A DNA stretch of 61,880 bases, counting the filler, from Tortispora ganteri (lineage: Eukaryota), in the NCBI GenBank assembly GCA_003707115.1. It is 3 parts of 3 records of this genome, joined end to end, with 100 filler letters (N's around TTAATTAATTAA, not from the genome) between each part and the next. Parts side by side here need not be neighbours in the genome. Positions count along the whole stretch, not along the records: positions 23,245 to 45,512 come from PPNB01000045.1; 2 more parts are not named here. One strand, 5' to 3'. The position numbers were made by a program, and so were the translations under genes. Shown one piece after another: positions 33,421 through 42,827 of the stretch. The stretch's first letter is position 1. Every line of letters starts with the position of its first letter. The notes under the pieces were generated by a model, which was not told where the DNA came from, searched no databases, and saw nothing but the letters and a program-made list of their open reading frames with translations.

Positions 33421-33448
33421 TCTGTCTTTCGATCGAAAGCTAAGTGCG

Positions 33449-34030
33449 ATGGACGCAGAAGAGATTAAACAGTACCGTGACCAATACGACGAAATTGTCA
33501 AGCAATTAGAAAATGACAATAAAAATGAAGCTTTATTAGAATTAAAAAAAGAACTTGAAGAATTGTTGGCACTGACTGGTGGTGAATCTTCTGCACCTAT
33601 AGCAGCCAAAAAGCTAACAAGTGTATATAATGCTGGCGAATTTGTGCTTGCCTTATGGAAAGATGGCAATTACTACAAATCAGAGATTATTTCGCAGACA
33701 GGATCTAGCGAAAATCCTATTTATACGATCAAATACCTTGACTATGATGAAATCGACACTGTATCTGTGAATGACTTGCGGCGTATTGATATAGCTAAAG
33801 AGACCGATTCTAAGCAAATACCAGCAAACGAGCAAAAATTAAACTCGCGTCAGGTAAAGAAACAGAAGGAAGTGAAACGACTAGAAGAAAGCAAAAACAA
33901 ATGGAAATCGTTTGCATCAAAGAACCGGATATCTAAGCCGCCTTCTATAAGGAAACCCAACTTATCTTCTGTCACGACTGTGCGGCGATCAAAACACATT
34001 CATGAAAAACTTGAAGATGAAGATGACTAA
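33449..34030 (+). CDS. SPF30: Tudor-domain splicing factor SPF30/SMNDC1-like
   Basis: N-terminal YxxQ..L..D..N.ELL.LK.ELEELL, Tudor VLALWKDGNYY...YTIKYLDY, KNKWKSFA. Confidence 0.8.
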   Translation: MDAEEIKQYRDQYDEIVKQLENDNKNEALLELKKELEELLALTGGESSAPIAAKKLTSVYNAGEFVLALWKDGNYYKSEIISQTGSSENPIYTIKYLDYDEIDTVSVNDLRRIDIAKETDSKQIPANEQKLNSRQVKKQKEVKRLEESKNKWKSFASKNRISKPPSIRKPNLSSVTTVRRSKHIHEKLEDEDD

Positions 34031-34721
34031 TTTGCAGAAATGGTTTCTACTAGATTGGGACGAGACAGTTACGAAAAACGATACAATTAGTCTACTAGCT
34101 AAAGCAGCGATAGACAATGGTAAGAACCCCGCTTTATGGGATTCCATAGTTTCGGCGTACTTCCAGGATCTTTCATCAAATCCGCAAACACGTCAGGAAA
34201 GGACCGAAGTGGAAAATAGAAGTATTGCTAGAGTTTCACAGTCTCAGTTACTAAAGGGCTTGCCGTTCGATCAGCTCTTGGACTACTACAGATCACATAT
34301 CGAGTACCGTCCAGGATGGCCTGAGTTCTTGAATTACACTGCACAACGGCATATAAATCTTGCAATAGTTAGCATCAATTGGGCTGGTCAACTTATCACG
34401 CAGCTGGTGCCGCCAGATACTGAAGTATGGGCTAATCAACTTGTAGTTGAAAACGGTATATGTACTGGTGAGCTAATGGGATGTCCTAATGTACAATCAT
34501 TAAGAGTTACTGAGGATAAAGCTGACATTGTTTATTCGTACTTGAATAAAAGTTCGGATGTTTGGTATATTGGTGATTCGTTGACAGATCTAGACGCCAT
34601 CAAAGTAGCAAATACCGGGATCGTAATGACAAAACAGAACACACCAAAGGAACTAGCAGAATTGAGTGTTCCAAAAGTTAAAGATTGGCATGAAGTCATA
34701 AAAGTATTAGAACAGAGTTAG
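34023..34721 (+). CDS. HAD-superfamily phosphatase (Cto1/YCR015C-like)
   Basis: LLDWDETVT motif I, IVSINW motif II, WYIGDSLTDL motif IV. Confidence 0.8.
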   Translation: MTNLQKWFLLDWDETVTKNDTISLLAKAAIDNGKNPALWDSIVSAYFQDLSSNPQTRQERTEVENRSIARVSQSQLLKGLPFDQLLDYYRSHIEYRPGWPEFLNYTAQRHINLAIVSINWAGQLITQLVPPDTEVWANQLVVENGICTGELMGCPNVQSLRVTEDKADIVYSYLNKSSDVWYIGDSLTDLDAIKVANTGIVMTKQNTPKELAELSVPKVKDWHEVIKVLEQS

Positions 34722-34844
34722 AAAATGAGAATATAGGAGTAAACTATCTGAACTGATAATACCACAAACTTCATTGGTAATGCCATTATATTTACTTGGT
34801 CGAATATCCAGGTAAACCTCATATACCTGCATGGTTTCTAATCA

Positions 34845-36017
34845 TTACAACTTCTCATACTCAAGCTTGCCCTCGAGTTTCTTCACTTCGCTCACTTTTC
34901 GCACAGCTTTAAGCAAATCGTCTTGGATAATATGCTCACGATCGTCTCTAATGGCAAAGAAGCCGGCTTCTGTTATAACATTCCTGATATCGGCACCATT
35001 GAACCCATCTGACATCTTAACAAGTGCATCATAATCGATTTCTCCTTCTTTTTGCACTGAAGAGGCATGAATTTTGAAAATTTCTAAACGTCCAACTTCA
35101 TTAGGAAGAGGAATCTCAATCTTACGATCCAAACGTCCTGGCCGTAGCAATGCTGGATCCAATGTATCTGGTCGATTAGTAGCCATAATAACTTTAGTTT
35201 GTCCGAGATAGTCGAATCCGTCCATTTGGTTGAGCAGCTCCATTAGTGTTCTTTGAATTTCCCGGTCAGCAGAAGTGCCCTCTGAGAATCTGCGGCCTCC
35301 GATAGCGTCAACTTCATCTATGAAGATAATACAGGGCTCATGTTCTTTGGCATATCCAAACATTTCTCGCACCAAACGCGCACTTTCTCCTATGTACTTA
35401 TCAACAATGCCAGAAGCAGGCGAAAATATGAAGTTTGCACCTAATGTAGCCGCCACCGCGCGCGCAAGCAGCGTTTTACCCGTGCCGGGAGGGCCGTAAA
35501 GGAGCACACCTTTAGGCGGCTTGATGCCTACACGTGTAAATAGTTCAGGATTCTTCAAAGGAAGCTCTATGACTTCTCTGAGTTCTCGAATTTGCTCGTT
35601 AAGACCTCCAATACCGCCAAATGACAAGTCTCCTGGTTCGTAAGATGTCATATTGTATACTAAAGGATCCACCTCCCGTGGCAACCTTCTCATGATAGTC
35701 AACGTGGTCATATCCAGAGATACACGAACGCCCTGTTTAAGCTTGCTTTTATCAATCTTATTCCGACATCCAACAACATATCTTGGACCCGAACTTGCTT
35801 TCACAATGAACCGCTCTTCATCGAGCTGCTTCAAAACTTCGCCAATAACTTGACCAACTGATTGAAGCGCCTTTATATCGTTCTCAGTCTTATCAAACTT
35901 CCCGTCGAGGTCCTTAATTTCCATACGCAGCCCTTTAAGTTTGGCATCCCATTCTCTGTGTTCTAGCAATTTGCTCTTGAACTTGTTTATCTCTTCTTGC
36001 CTCTGTTCGTCTTCCAT
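34845..36017 (-). CDS. RPT4: 26S proteasome AAA-ATPase Rpt4
   Basis: [41 protein letters not shown]-terminal LEYEKL. Confidence 0.97.
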   Translation of the reverse strand: MEDEQRQEEINKFKSKLLEHREWDAKLKGLRMEIKDLDGKFDKTENDIKALQSVGQVIGEVLKQLDEERFIVKASSGPRYVVGCRNKIDKSKLKQGVRVSLDMTTLTIMRRLPREVDPLVYNMTSYEPGDLSFGGIGGLNEQIRELREVIELPLKNPELFTRVGIKPPKGVLLYGPPGTGKTLLARAVAATLGANFIFSPASGIVDKYIGESARLVREMFGYAKEHEPCIIFIDEVDAIGGRRFSEGTSADREIQRTLMELLNQMDGFDYLGQTKVIMATNRPDTLDPALLRPGRLDRKIEIPLPNEVGRLEIFKIHASSVQKEGEIDYDALVKMSDGFNGADIRNVITEAGFFAIRDDREHIIQDDLLKAVRKVSEVKKLEGKLEYEKL

Positions 36018-36127
36018 GACGGTGAATCGCTAGTTGTGTTGGTGGTTGTCATGAATATTGGGGTTTAGGGGTGGTTCACACACCGTTAAACGTTCCTCGA
36101 CAAGTATTTATGTGCCATGTATAATTT

Positions 36128-39100
36128 CTAAACATTAGTTACAGTAATACCAGGCTGTCCTGGTACAGCGCCCTCTGCAGCCTTGCCAGATACAGCAACA
36201 GAGCTCTGATCAAACATGTCGCGGCCTTCTGACTCACCCTCTTTGACGAAGATCACTTGGAACTCCTGACAAGAGTTGATAGCTTTTCGCAGCACCGGCA
36301 TCGCCGTCCGAATAGTCGCAACTTCGTCAAACGCGAGTTTGCGGTCAAAGACATGATCGGGTGCCTCACTCTTAAGACGGCTCTTGATGTTGTTTACAAA
36401 CGGCATGGCCTTCTTCATCTCATTACTTCCTCCGGCTTCTTTTGCGGCTTGTTGCACCTTTTTCGTTAACTCGTCAGACTTACCGTCTTCACTCAACGCC
36501 ATAGACTCAAACGCTTCCCGAACAAGGTCCAAGTACTTCTCCTGCCATTGAGGAAACGCGTCAGCAACATATACAGTCACCTTACTGGGCTTGTTCAAAT
36601 CGTAGGTGGTGCTCTTGCCCTTGCTCTTCTTCTTCAGGTTGGCACCTTCGACTTCGCGTATAGAGCGACACAAGTTGCGCACATAGGACAATGACGACAG
36701 CACGGCATTATCAAGCGGCTTAGAAATTTCAGGGAATCTTGTACTATGTACAGATCCCTCTTTCTTCAAAACTTCCTTATACAGGTATTCAGACCAATGA
36801 GGAATCAATGGAGTCATAAGCAGGGCTTGTACTTCTATGTACCGCAACACAAGGTCACGACGCATTCCCCGAATAGCATCAGAACTAGCACACGATTCGC
36901 GATAGTACTCACGGGCTGCCTGCAAATCATACAAACCGGATTTCAGCGCTGACTTATATGATGTGGCCTTATAGTGACCAATAGTCTCGAGAATTAGTTG
37001 GTTCATTTCATTCTCAAAAGCAGCGTCAAAGAACTCTGCTTCCGAGCAACTGATATCAGTCCTGAATTTTTCAGCATTGGCAACTTGTTGTTCACACCAT
37101 TCGCGAACAGTGAATAAGCGAAGAATAGCCGTATTCGCAGTAGTTTCGTCAAAGTTAGCATCTTCAATACCATCACCGGCATCAGCTAAAGCTAAACGAG
37201 CGGCATCGGCTCCAAACTTGTCAACCATGTCACTCATAGTGAGGAAATTTCCCGTACTCTTGGACATCTTCTGATTGTTCAATAGCAAATGACCGTTACA
37301 GCGTATTCCGCGAGGCCAGAACTTTCTAGGGAAAAGCGCAACATGGCAGTACAGGAAAAACGATAAATGGTTTTGAATTAAATCCTTTCCGGATACGCGA
37401 ACATCTAGCGGGTAGAAATACGCAAATTCATGTCTCATCAGGTCCATTGTTTGAACAGGAATAGTAGAGGATGGAGGCTTGTCGGCATGATAGAAAATGT
37501 AGTCAAAGACTTCGTCTGTCATATGTGCAGGAAGAATACCGTATTCAGTTGGTTCCTTTCCAAATAAATCCTTATGCAGGAAGCGGGAAATAGTGTAGTA
37601 GGACATGTAGATTGTAGAATCAGAGAGCGACTCCACAAGATACTTAGGATCCCATGGAACTTTAGTTCCAAGTCCATACGTGCGCGAAAAGGCCCAGTTA
37701 CTGAGCCAGTCTAGGGTGGCTTCAAATCCATGACGGGTTTCGTCACTGAAAGTATTTAAACCAGCAAGACACTCGAGGACATCAGCTTTCCATTTAGGTT
37801 CACCGTAGTCGAAATACCACTGATCTTCCAGAGCCACAATACATTCGTCGCCCGAGCGAGACATTACAAGTCCTTCTGGTTCATTATAAACAAACGCTTC
37901 ACCAGCGTCAATAAGGTCCTGTCTGACTTTAGGTTTAGCGTCCTCAACTTTCAGACCTTTGTATTTGCCCATATACATGCTACCCTGGTAGTAGCCTTCC
38001 TTGTATGCGAGCTCTTTAGCTTTGGCTAGAAGAACAGTATCCTTTGGTGATTGGATTTTAAGCTGTTCAACCAGGGTAACAGCAGTAAGGTTGCCATAAG
38101 TTGGGGTCTCGATGATAGGTACAGGTTCATGTGCAACCCATTCGGCTTTGATTCCATAGTATTCGGGCTTCTTTTGCAGATCCAATGTAGTGATATAATC
38201 GTCTGGAGAATCAGAAGGTACACAAGTAACCACACCAGTACCTTTACCTTCCTTGATGGTCTCCATAGGGAGGACATATAGCTCTTTGTAGACACTGTAA
38301 GGAGCATGGATTTTAGCACCAATAAGAACTGAACCTGGAATAGAAGCGAGGGAGGTGTAGTTTCCGATTTCGGGGAAGATATCCTGATATGACATGTTCT
38401 TAGCAGCGCGTTCAGTGCAAATGATGTACTCTGAGTCGTTGAGCTTGTACAGGCCATAAGTGATAGAAGGACTTACGAAGCAGCAGGTCTGACCGTACAT
38501 AGTTTCAGGACGAAGGGTGGCAGCAATGAGGTAAATTTTGCTGGAAGAGTCAAGAGCTGAAATCAGAGGGGCTAGATTTTCAGGAACACTTAGAAGACGG
38601 ATCTTGATTGCGGTGTACTCCTGAGGGCGAATACCTTCACCGGAAGCACGGTCGTGGTCCATACAAGGCTGGCCGTCTTTGACAGAATAGATGGTGTAGC
38701 GCTTGCCAAACTTGATTTTACCGTCATTGTGCAGACGATTCACTTGCCAGCGAACAAAAGCATCGTAGTACGGGTTAGCGTCAGTAGTGACGAAACTGCG
38801 GCGCCAGTCAATTCCAGCACCAATAGCGTTGCAGTGATTTTGGCAGACAGGAGGGAAGAATTCGAGCCAGTAGGCGGTGTCAGTGAACTTCTTTATATCC
38901 TCTCTAGGGATACCAAGCTGGAGCATAATCTGGTACTGGTACTTAGCATTGCCCTTTTTGGCCTCGGCTTTGCTCTTTTTAGTGGTGAACTTGGTGACAT
39001 CTTCGTGAGTTGTAGGTGTAGCAGACTGCGACGGTTCGGGAGACTCTAAATCGTCGCTGTCATTGTCCTGGTTCTGGTCGAAGTTCGGACCGAACAGTTC

Positions 39101-39454
39101 CATTTCACGAATCAGCTTGTCGGCAGAAGCTTTAATGGGCATACCCGTGCAGTGGAAGCCCAAGGGGAAGAGAGTTCTATTGCCGAGAAGTCGTTGTACA
39201 CCAGCATCAAAGTCAACTTTTGACAAAGTGAATGCATGACCGGCATGTAGGTAGCCGTTCATATACGGGTACGCCATGCATCCGAACCACTTGGGGTACT
39301 TTTCGTGCAGAGCGTCCAGATCGTTGTAGTCAACTTCGTCGGCCGATGGGGCGTTAACCTCGAAAAGGTGAGAGTCGCGCCATTCCTGCTGAATTTTCTT
39401 CTCGTAGGCGATGAGGGTATCGCGCTTTTCGGTGTTCTCTAGTACCAGAGACAT
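36128..39454 (-). CDS. CDC60: cytosolic leucyl-tRNA synthetase
   Basis: YPYMNGYLHAGH (HIGH-like), ATLRPETMYGQT editing domain, KMSKS. Confidence 0.97.
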   Translation of the reverse strand: MSLVLENTEKRDTLIAYEKKIQQEWRDSHLFEVNAPSADEVDYNDLDALHEKYPKWFGCMAYPYMNGYLHAGHAFTLSKVDFDAGVQRLLGNRTLFPLGFHCTGMPIKASADKLIREMELFGPNFDQNQDNDSDDLESPEPSQSATPTTHEDVTKFTTKKSKAEAKKGNAKYQYQIMLQLGIPREDIKKFTDTAYWLEFFPPVCQNHCNAIGAGIDWRRSFVTTDANPYYDAFVRWQVNRLHNDGKIKFGKRYTIYSVKDGQPCMDHDRASGEGIRPQEYTAIKIRLLSVPENLAPLISALDSSSKIYLIAATLRPETMYGQTCCFVSPSITYGLYKLNDSEYIICTERAAKNMSYQDIFPEIGNYTSLASIPGSVLIGAKIHAPYSVYKELYVLPMETIKEGKGTGVVTCVPSDSPDDYITTLDLQKKPEYYGIKAEWVAHEPVPIIETPTYGNLTAVTLVEQLKIQSPKDTVLLAKAKELAYKEGYYQGSMYMGKYKGLKVEDAKPKVRQDLIDAGEAFVYNEPEGLVMSRSGDECIVALEDQWYFDYGEPKWKADVLECLAGLNTFSDETRHGFEATLDWLSNWAFSRTYGLGTKVPWDPKYLVESLSDSTIYMSYYTISRFLHKDLFGKEPTEYGILPAHMTDEVFDYIFYHADKPPSSTIPVQTMDLMRHEFAYFYPLDVRVSGKDLIQNHLSFFLYCHVALFPRKFWPRGIRCNGHLLLNNQKMSKSTGNFLTMSDMVDKFGADAARLALADAGDGIEDANFDETTANTAILRLFTVREWCEQQVANAEKFRTDISCSEAEFFDAAFENEMNQLILETIGHYKATSYKSALKSGLYDLQAAREYYRESCASSDAIRGMRRDLVLRYIEVQALLMTPLIPHWSEYLYKEVLKKEGSVHSTRFPEISKPLDNAVLSSLSYVRNLCRSIREVEGANLKKKSKGKSTTYDLNKPSKVTVYVADAFPQWQEKYLDLVREAFESMALSEDGKSDELTKKVQQAAKEAGGSNEMKKAMPFVNNIKSRLKSEAPDHVFDRKLAFDEVATIRTAMPVLRKAINSCQEFQVIFVKEGESEGRDMFDQSSVAVSGKAAEGAVPGQPGITVTNV

Positions 39455-39598
39455 CTGTATCTAAATGTTTTTCTGGTAGTTGGTGGATGGTAAAAAGTGA
39501 GTCAGTAGTGTAAGGACTTGGGAGGTTGTCAGCTTTCTAAGGGCTTGACTGTGGCAAGGGCTGTGTAGCGCTTTGTGAGGTATATAACGCTCTAAATA

Positions 39599-39690
39599 AA
39601 GTCAGTATGTAGTAATAACCTGTGAAAATCGTTCAAATTAATAATATTCAATTTCCAATATCATTTGAGGTGTCAGTGTCATCACTTAAA
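39599..39690 (-). ncRNA. box C/D snoRNA, snR48/SNORD60-like (25S Gm2793 equivalent)
   Basis: C GTGATGA 39685-79; guide CTGACACCTC 39676-67 complementary to LSU GAGGUGUCAG; D' ATGA 39664-61; D CTGA 39605-02; weak terminal stem. Confidence 0.7.
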
Positions 39691-39706
39691 AATCAAGAAA
39701 AGTCCG

Positions 39707-39721
39707 TATAAATAGCCCTAA
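39707..39721 (+). promoter_or_regulatory. TATA box and aRCCCTaa (Tbf1-type) element between divergent snoRNAs
   Basis: TATAAATA 39707-14 abutting AGCCCTAA 39714-21. Confidence 0.55.
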
Positions 39722-39743
39722 TTGCGCCGCGATCGATTCTCCC

Positions 39744-39830
39744 AAGAGACAGTGATGAAAAAAATTACTCACAGACCTGTACTGAACATTATATGTGGAT
39801 AAAGCAATATTGCCTTTTTCTGAGTCTCTT
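39744..39830 (+). ncRNA. SNR56: box C/D snoRNA snR56/SNORD25 homolog (18S Gm1428 equivalent)
   Basis: 7-bp terminal stem AAGAGAC/GTCTCTT, C GTGATGA 39752-58, guide TCACAGACCTGT 39769-80 complementary to 18S ACAGGUCUGUGA, D' CTGA 39782-85, D CTGA 39820-23. Confidence 0.92.
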
Positions 39831-39834
39831 TAAA

Positions 39835-40164
39835 TTAGTCAACTAGTAATTCTGGTCTTGTAGAGAATATAATTTGTTTGTTTATAATGGCGATTATGTC
39901 GGCGTTTGCAGCTGTAGCTGAACTTTTTACCACTGCGAGCGGTGGATCCAGTTTTGTTAAACTGCCTTCGAGTAATTGGTGTCCCACTTTGAGCCATGCT
40001 TTACTCTGTTCTTCATTAATTGTCATATCGCCTAGCGTGCTGCCGTTCTGGAATCCGTGAATAGTGCCTTGAATTTGTATTAACACGTACCCTGAGTCAG
40101 TTTTTATCACATTTTTATCATTAATTTCAACACTTTCCCAAGCTTTTCGCAAAATTGTCTCCAT
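39835..40164 (-). CDS. CTF8: Ctf18-RFC subunit Ctf8
   Basis: LIQIQGTI, LKVGHQLLEGSLTKLDPPLAVV, IIFSTRP; ACGCGT at 40178. Confidence 0.85.
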   Translation of the reverse strand: METILRKAWESVEINDKNVIKTDSGYVLIQIQGTIHGFQNGSTLGDMTINEEQSKAWLKVGHQLLEGSLTKLDPPLAVVKSSATAANADIIAIINKQIIFSTRPELLVD

Positions 40165-40423
40165 TTGGTAAAAGTAAACGCGTCTGTTAAATACTCGTCA
40201 AAGCGTATCAGGCTTTGCAAGTAAGGGGTCTTTACACCCACCCACTACAAAATTGGGGCAGTTATCCACAATCACACAATTGCCATGACAACAACATCAG
40301 GCCACTGCTGCGGTTAAAAAGGGGCCTCTTCCTCACGCCAGAAAAAAAACCCACCTCTAGGTATATATATAGATACCATCGAAACCGCGCCTCACCCCGT
40401 CATTCACTCTCTTATTTCTTACC

Positions 40424-41326
40424 ATGGAGAAACTGATGCATGTAGTGCCACCAGAATACGCTGGTAATACATTAAGTGAGGCCTGGCAAAATGTAGGTGC
40501 TCTTGACCTACCTTTAATACAACGATTGTGGGCTACTTGGTACGCTTACTTCCAAAACGACAGTCTGGCCACTGGTTTGATGATTTTCTGTGTTCATGAA
40601 ATATTCTATTTTGGAAGATGCTTACCATGGATGCTTATTGATGTCATTCCATATTTCAGACGCTGGAAAATCCAGGATCAAAAGATTCCCTCTCAACGTG
40701 AACAATGGGCTTGTCTCGGTACTGTTCTTCTCACGCATTTCACTGTCGAACTTCCTCAAATCTGGAGTTTCGACTGGATTTGCGGAATGTTCGGTCTTTC
40801 TGCTAGCTTGGAGTTCCCATCTTTTATCACTACTTGTTATCAGGTGGCCATGTTCTTCATCATTGAAGATGCCTGGCACTATTGGAACCACCGTGCCTTA
40901 CACTGGGGTCCGCTCTACAGGTGGATTCACAAAATGCATCACAAGTACTCCGCTCCGTTTGGACTCGCCGCTGAGTATGCGTCTCCTATTGAGGTCATGA
41001 TTCTCGGCCTCGGCACTATCGGTCCCCCTATTGTCTGGTGTTATGTCACTAAGAACCTCCATCTGGTTACCGTATATGCGTGGGTTATTCTGCGTTTATT
41101 CCAGGCCGTTGACGCTCACTCTGGTTACGAGTTTCCCTGGAGTCTACACCATTTCTTGCCCTTCTGGGCCGGTGCTGAGCACCACGATGAACATCATCAG
41201 TTTTTCATTGGTAACTACGCCTCTTCTTTCAGGTGGTGGGATTACGTCCTAGACACAAACGCTGGACCTAAGGCCAAAGCCGACCGCAAGTTCCGCGCCG
41301 CCCAGAAGGCAAAGAAAATGCAATAG
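40424..41326 (+). CDS. ERG25: C-4 methylsterol oxidase
   Basis: His boxes HRALH, HKMHH, HDEHH; APFGLAAEYA; C-terminal KKMQ ER-retrieval signal. Confidence 0.96.
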   Translation: MEKLMHVVPPEYAGNTLSEAWQNVGALDLPLIQRLWATWYAYFQNDSLATGLMIFCVHEIFYFGRCLPWMLIDVIPYFRRWKIQDQKIPSQREQWACLGTVLLTHFTVELPQIWSFDWICGMFGLSASLEFPSFITTCYQVAMFFIIEDAWHYWNHRALHWGPLYRWIHKMHHKYSAPFGLAAEYASPIEVMILGLGTIGPPIVWCYVTKNLHLVTVYAWVILRLFQAVDAHSGYEFPWSLHHFLPFWAGAEHHDEHHQFFIGNYASSFRWWDYVLDTNAGPKAKADRKFRAAQKAKKMQ

Positions 41327-41577
41327 GCTAGTTCGCGGACACACTGTGTCTGGCTGTCCTGCGGCTTTCTCATGCCACGCAATCGCAGTGACAATGTGGT
41401 GTATATCACCTTTCTCAGGGGAAGACAGAAAACGCTGGACGACACGCAATCAGCCAGCTGAAGGCACGTAGAATATTTTTTTTTTCCGATCTGTACACAT
41501 CGCTGCTCGTAATATAATCTTAGGTAATACATATACTTCACAAGAAACTGTAATACTGGGCAAACTTAAATTTCGTC

Positions 41578-42672
41578 ATGACATCCACACTGACACCTCT
41601 AGACCGGCTGCTGATCGCGCAATTCGTCTACAAGTACGGAGAATCTGATTCTGTTTGGCCAGAAATTGCGTCAGGGTTCAATTCGCATCCACTGAGGACT
41701 GTTGAGTTAAATGAAAATGATATCAAGCGCGTGTATGGCGAGTTGCTTGAATCTAACAACATTGAGCGTTCGACTGCCGACACTACACCTTCGCCATGGG
41801 CCATTGCTTTGTCAAAATCGCTATATTTGGAATACCGCAAGATACTCATCGACCAGATAAAGGAAGATGAAGCCAAGTTTAAGCTAATACTAGAGAAGAT
41901 TGAGCGAATATCAAAAGGCAAGTCCATAGAGGCTTTGAAGGATACCGATGGCGATGTTGATATGATTGAGTCAGTGGACATCTCGCAAAACGAAACAGCA
42001 AATGAGACACAAAACCAAATTTTAGAGTCTGCTGCAGAGTCGACCACTGAACTAGAACCGTCTAGGGAAAGTACAGCAGCTGCAGAGGTGAAGAAGGAAG
42101 AGCATCTACCTTCATCAGAACCCGAACAGATCGATGGTGAGCCAGAAGAAACGACCGTGGCAACAGACAAACAGTCAGAGACTGAAGACCGATCTACAAC
42201 TACAACACCTGAGCCGGCAGCGAAAAGACAGCGAACAGAGAAGGAACGGCCAGATAAGACCGAGAGCAAGACGGTACCTCGACGAGGGTCACGGCGCAAG
42301 ACTGGCGGCAGCGGCGTTGACGACAACGACGGCTCGTCGCCGGTGTCGAAACGATTTCAGGTGAACATACCGCCGTTACTAAGTAATATATCATCCTTGC
42401 CGGCAGCCACATATTTCATGAACCCTGTCAGCGAGAGTCAAGCGCCGGATTACTCGTCTATTGTGAAGTACCCCACGAGTCTGCGGAACATCAAGAAAGA
42501 CGTGAAAGAAGGAAAGATTACGAACTTTGATGAGTTTGAGCACGCAATATGGCTGATGTTTGCAAACGCAATCATGTTTAACCCTACCGAGAGCGACATG
42601 AAGGAGTGGACAGAGGTGATTATGTCCGAGACGAGCGACCTGTTTTCAGATTTCAGATCGGCGCTCAATTGA
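41578..42672 (+). CDS. BRD8/Bdc1-like bromodomain protein (NuA4-associated)
   Basis: N-terminal SANT-like helices, acidic linker, C-terminal bromodomain FMNPV..APDYSSIVKYP..LMFANAIMFN. Confidence 0.75.
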   Translation: MTSTLTPLDRLLIAQFVYKYGESDSVWPEIASGFNSHPLRTVELNENDIKRVYGELLESNNIERSTADTTPSPWAIALSKSLYLEYRKILIDQIKEDEAKFKLILEKIERISKGKSIEALKDTDGDVDMIESVDISQNETANETQNQILESAAESTTELEPSRESTAAAEVKKEEHLPSSEPEQIDGEPEETTVATDKQSETEDRSTTTTPEPAAKRQRTEKERPDKTESKTVPRRGSRRKTGGSGVDDNDGSSPVSKRFQVNIPPLLSNISSLPAATYFMNPVSESQAPDYSSIVKYPTSLRNIKKDVKEGKITNFDEFEHAIWLMFANAIMFNPTESDMKEWTEVIMSETSDLFSDFRSALN

Positions 42673-42827
42673 CGACAAGAAACGAACTATTTAGGAGGAA
42701 TTATGGTCTATTATTCATACTACCTACGACTATATTAGAAAGAATCATGTATCTTATACGATCATAAGTATAGACACCGTTATTGTTAGATAAAAAGTTT
42801 CAAAGAATTCGTTCAACCATATCCTTT

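Noticed and set aside
32841..39454. tRNA-Leu near the LeuRS gene as a functional cluster
   Set aside because: Separated by four unrelated genes; likely coincidence.
39498..39504. TGAGTCA Gcn4-like site upstream of LeuRS
   Set aside because: Single copy 44 nt from the ATG, probably inside the 5' UTR; not supportable alone.
41380..41430. Minus-strand CTGAGA suggesting a TPP riboswitch
   Set aside because: The downstream conserved TPP aptamer elements are absent.
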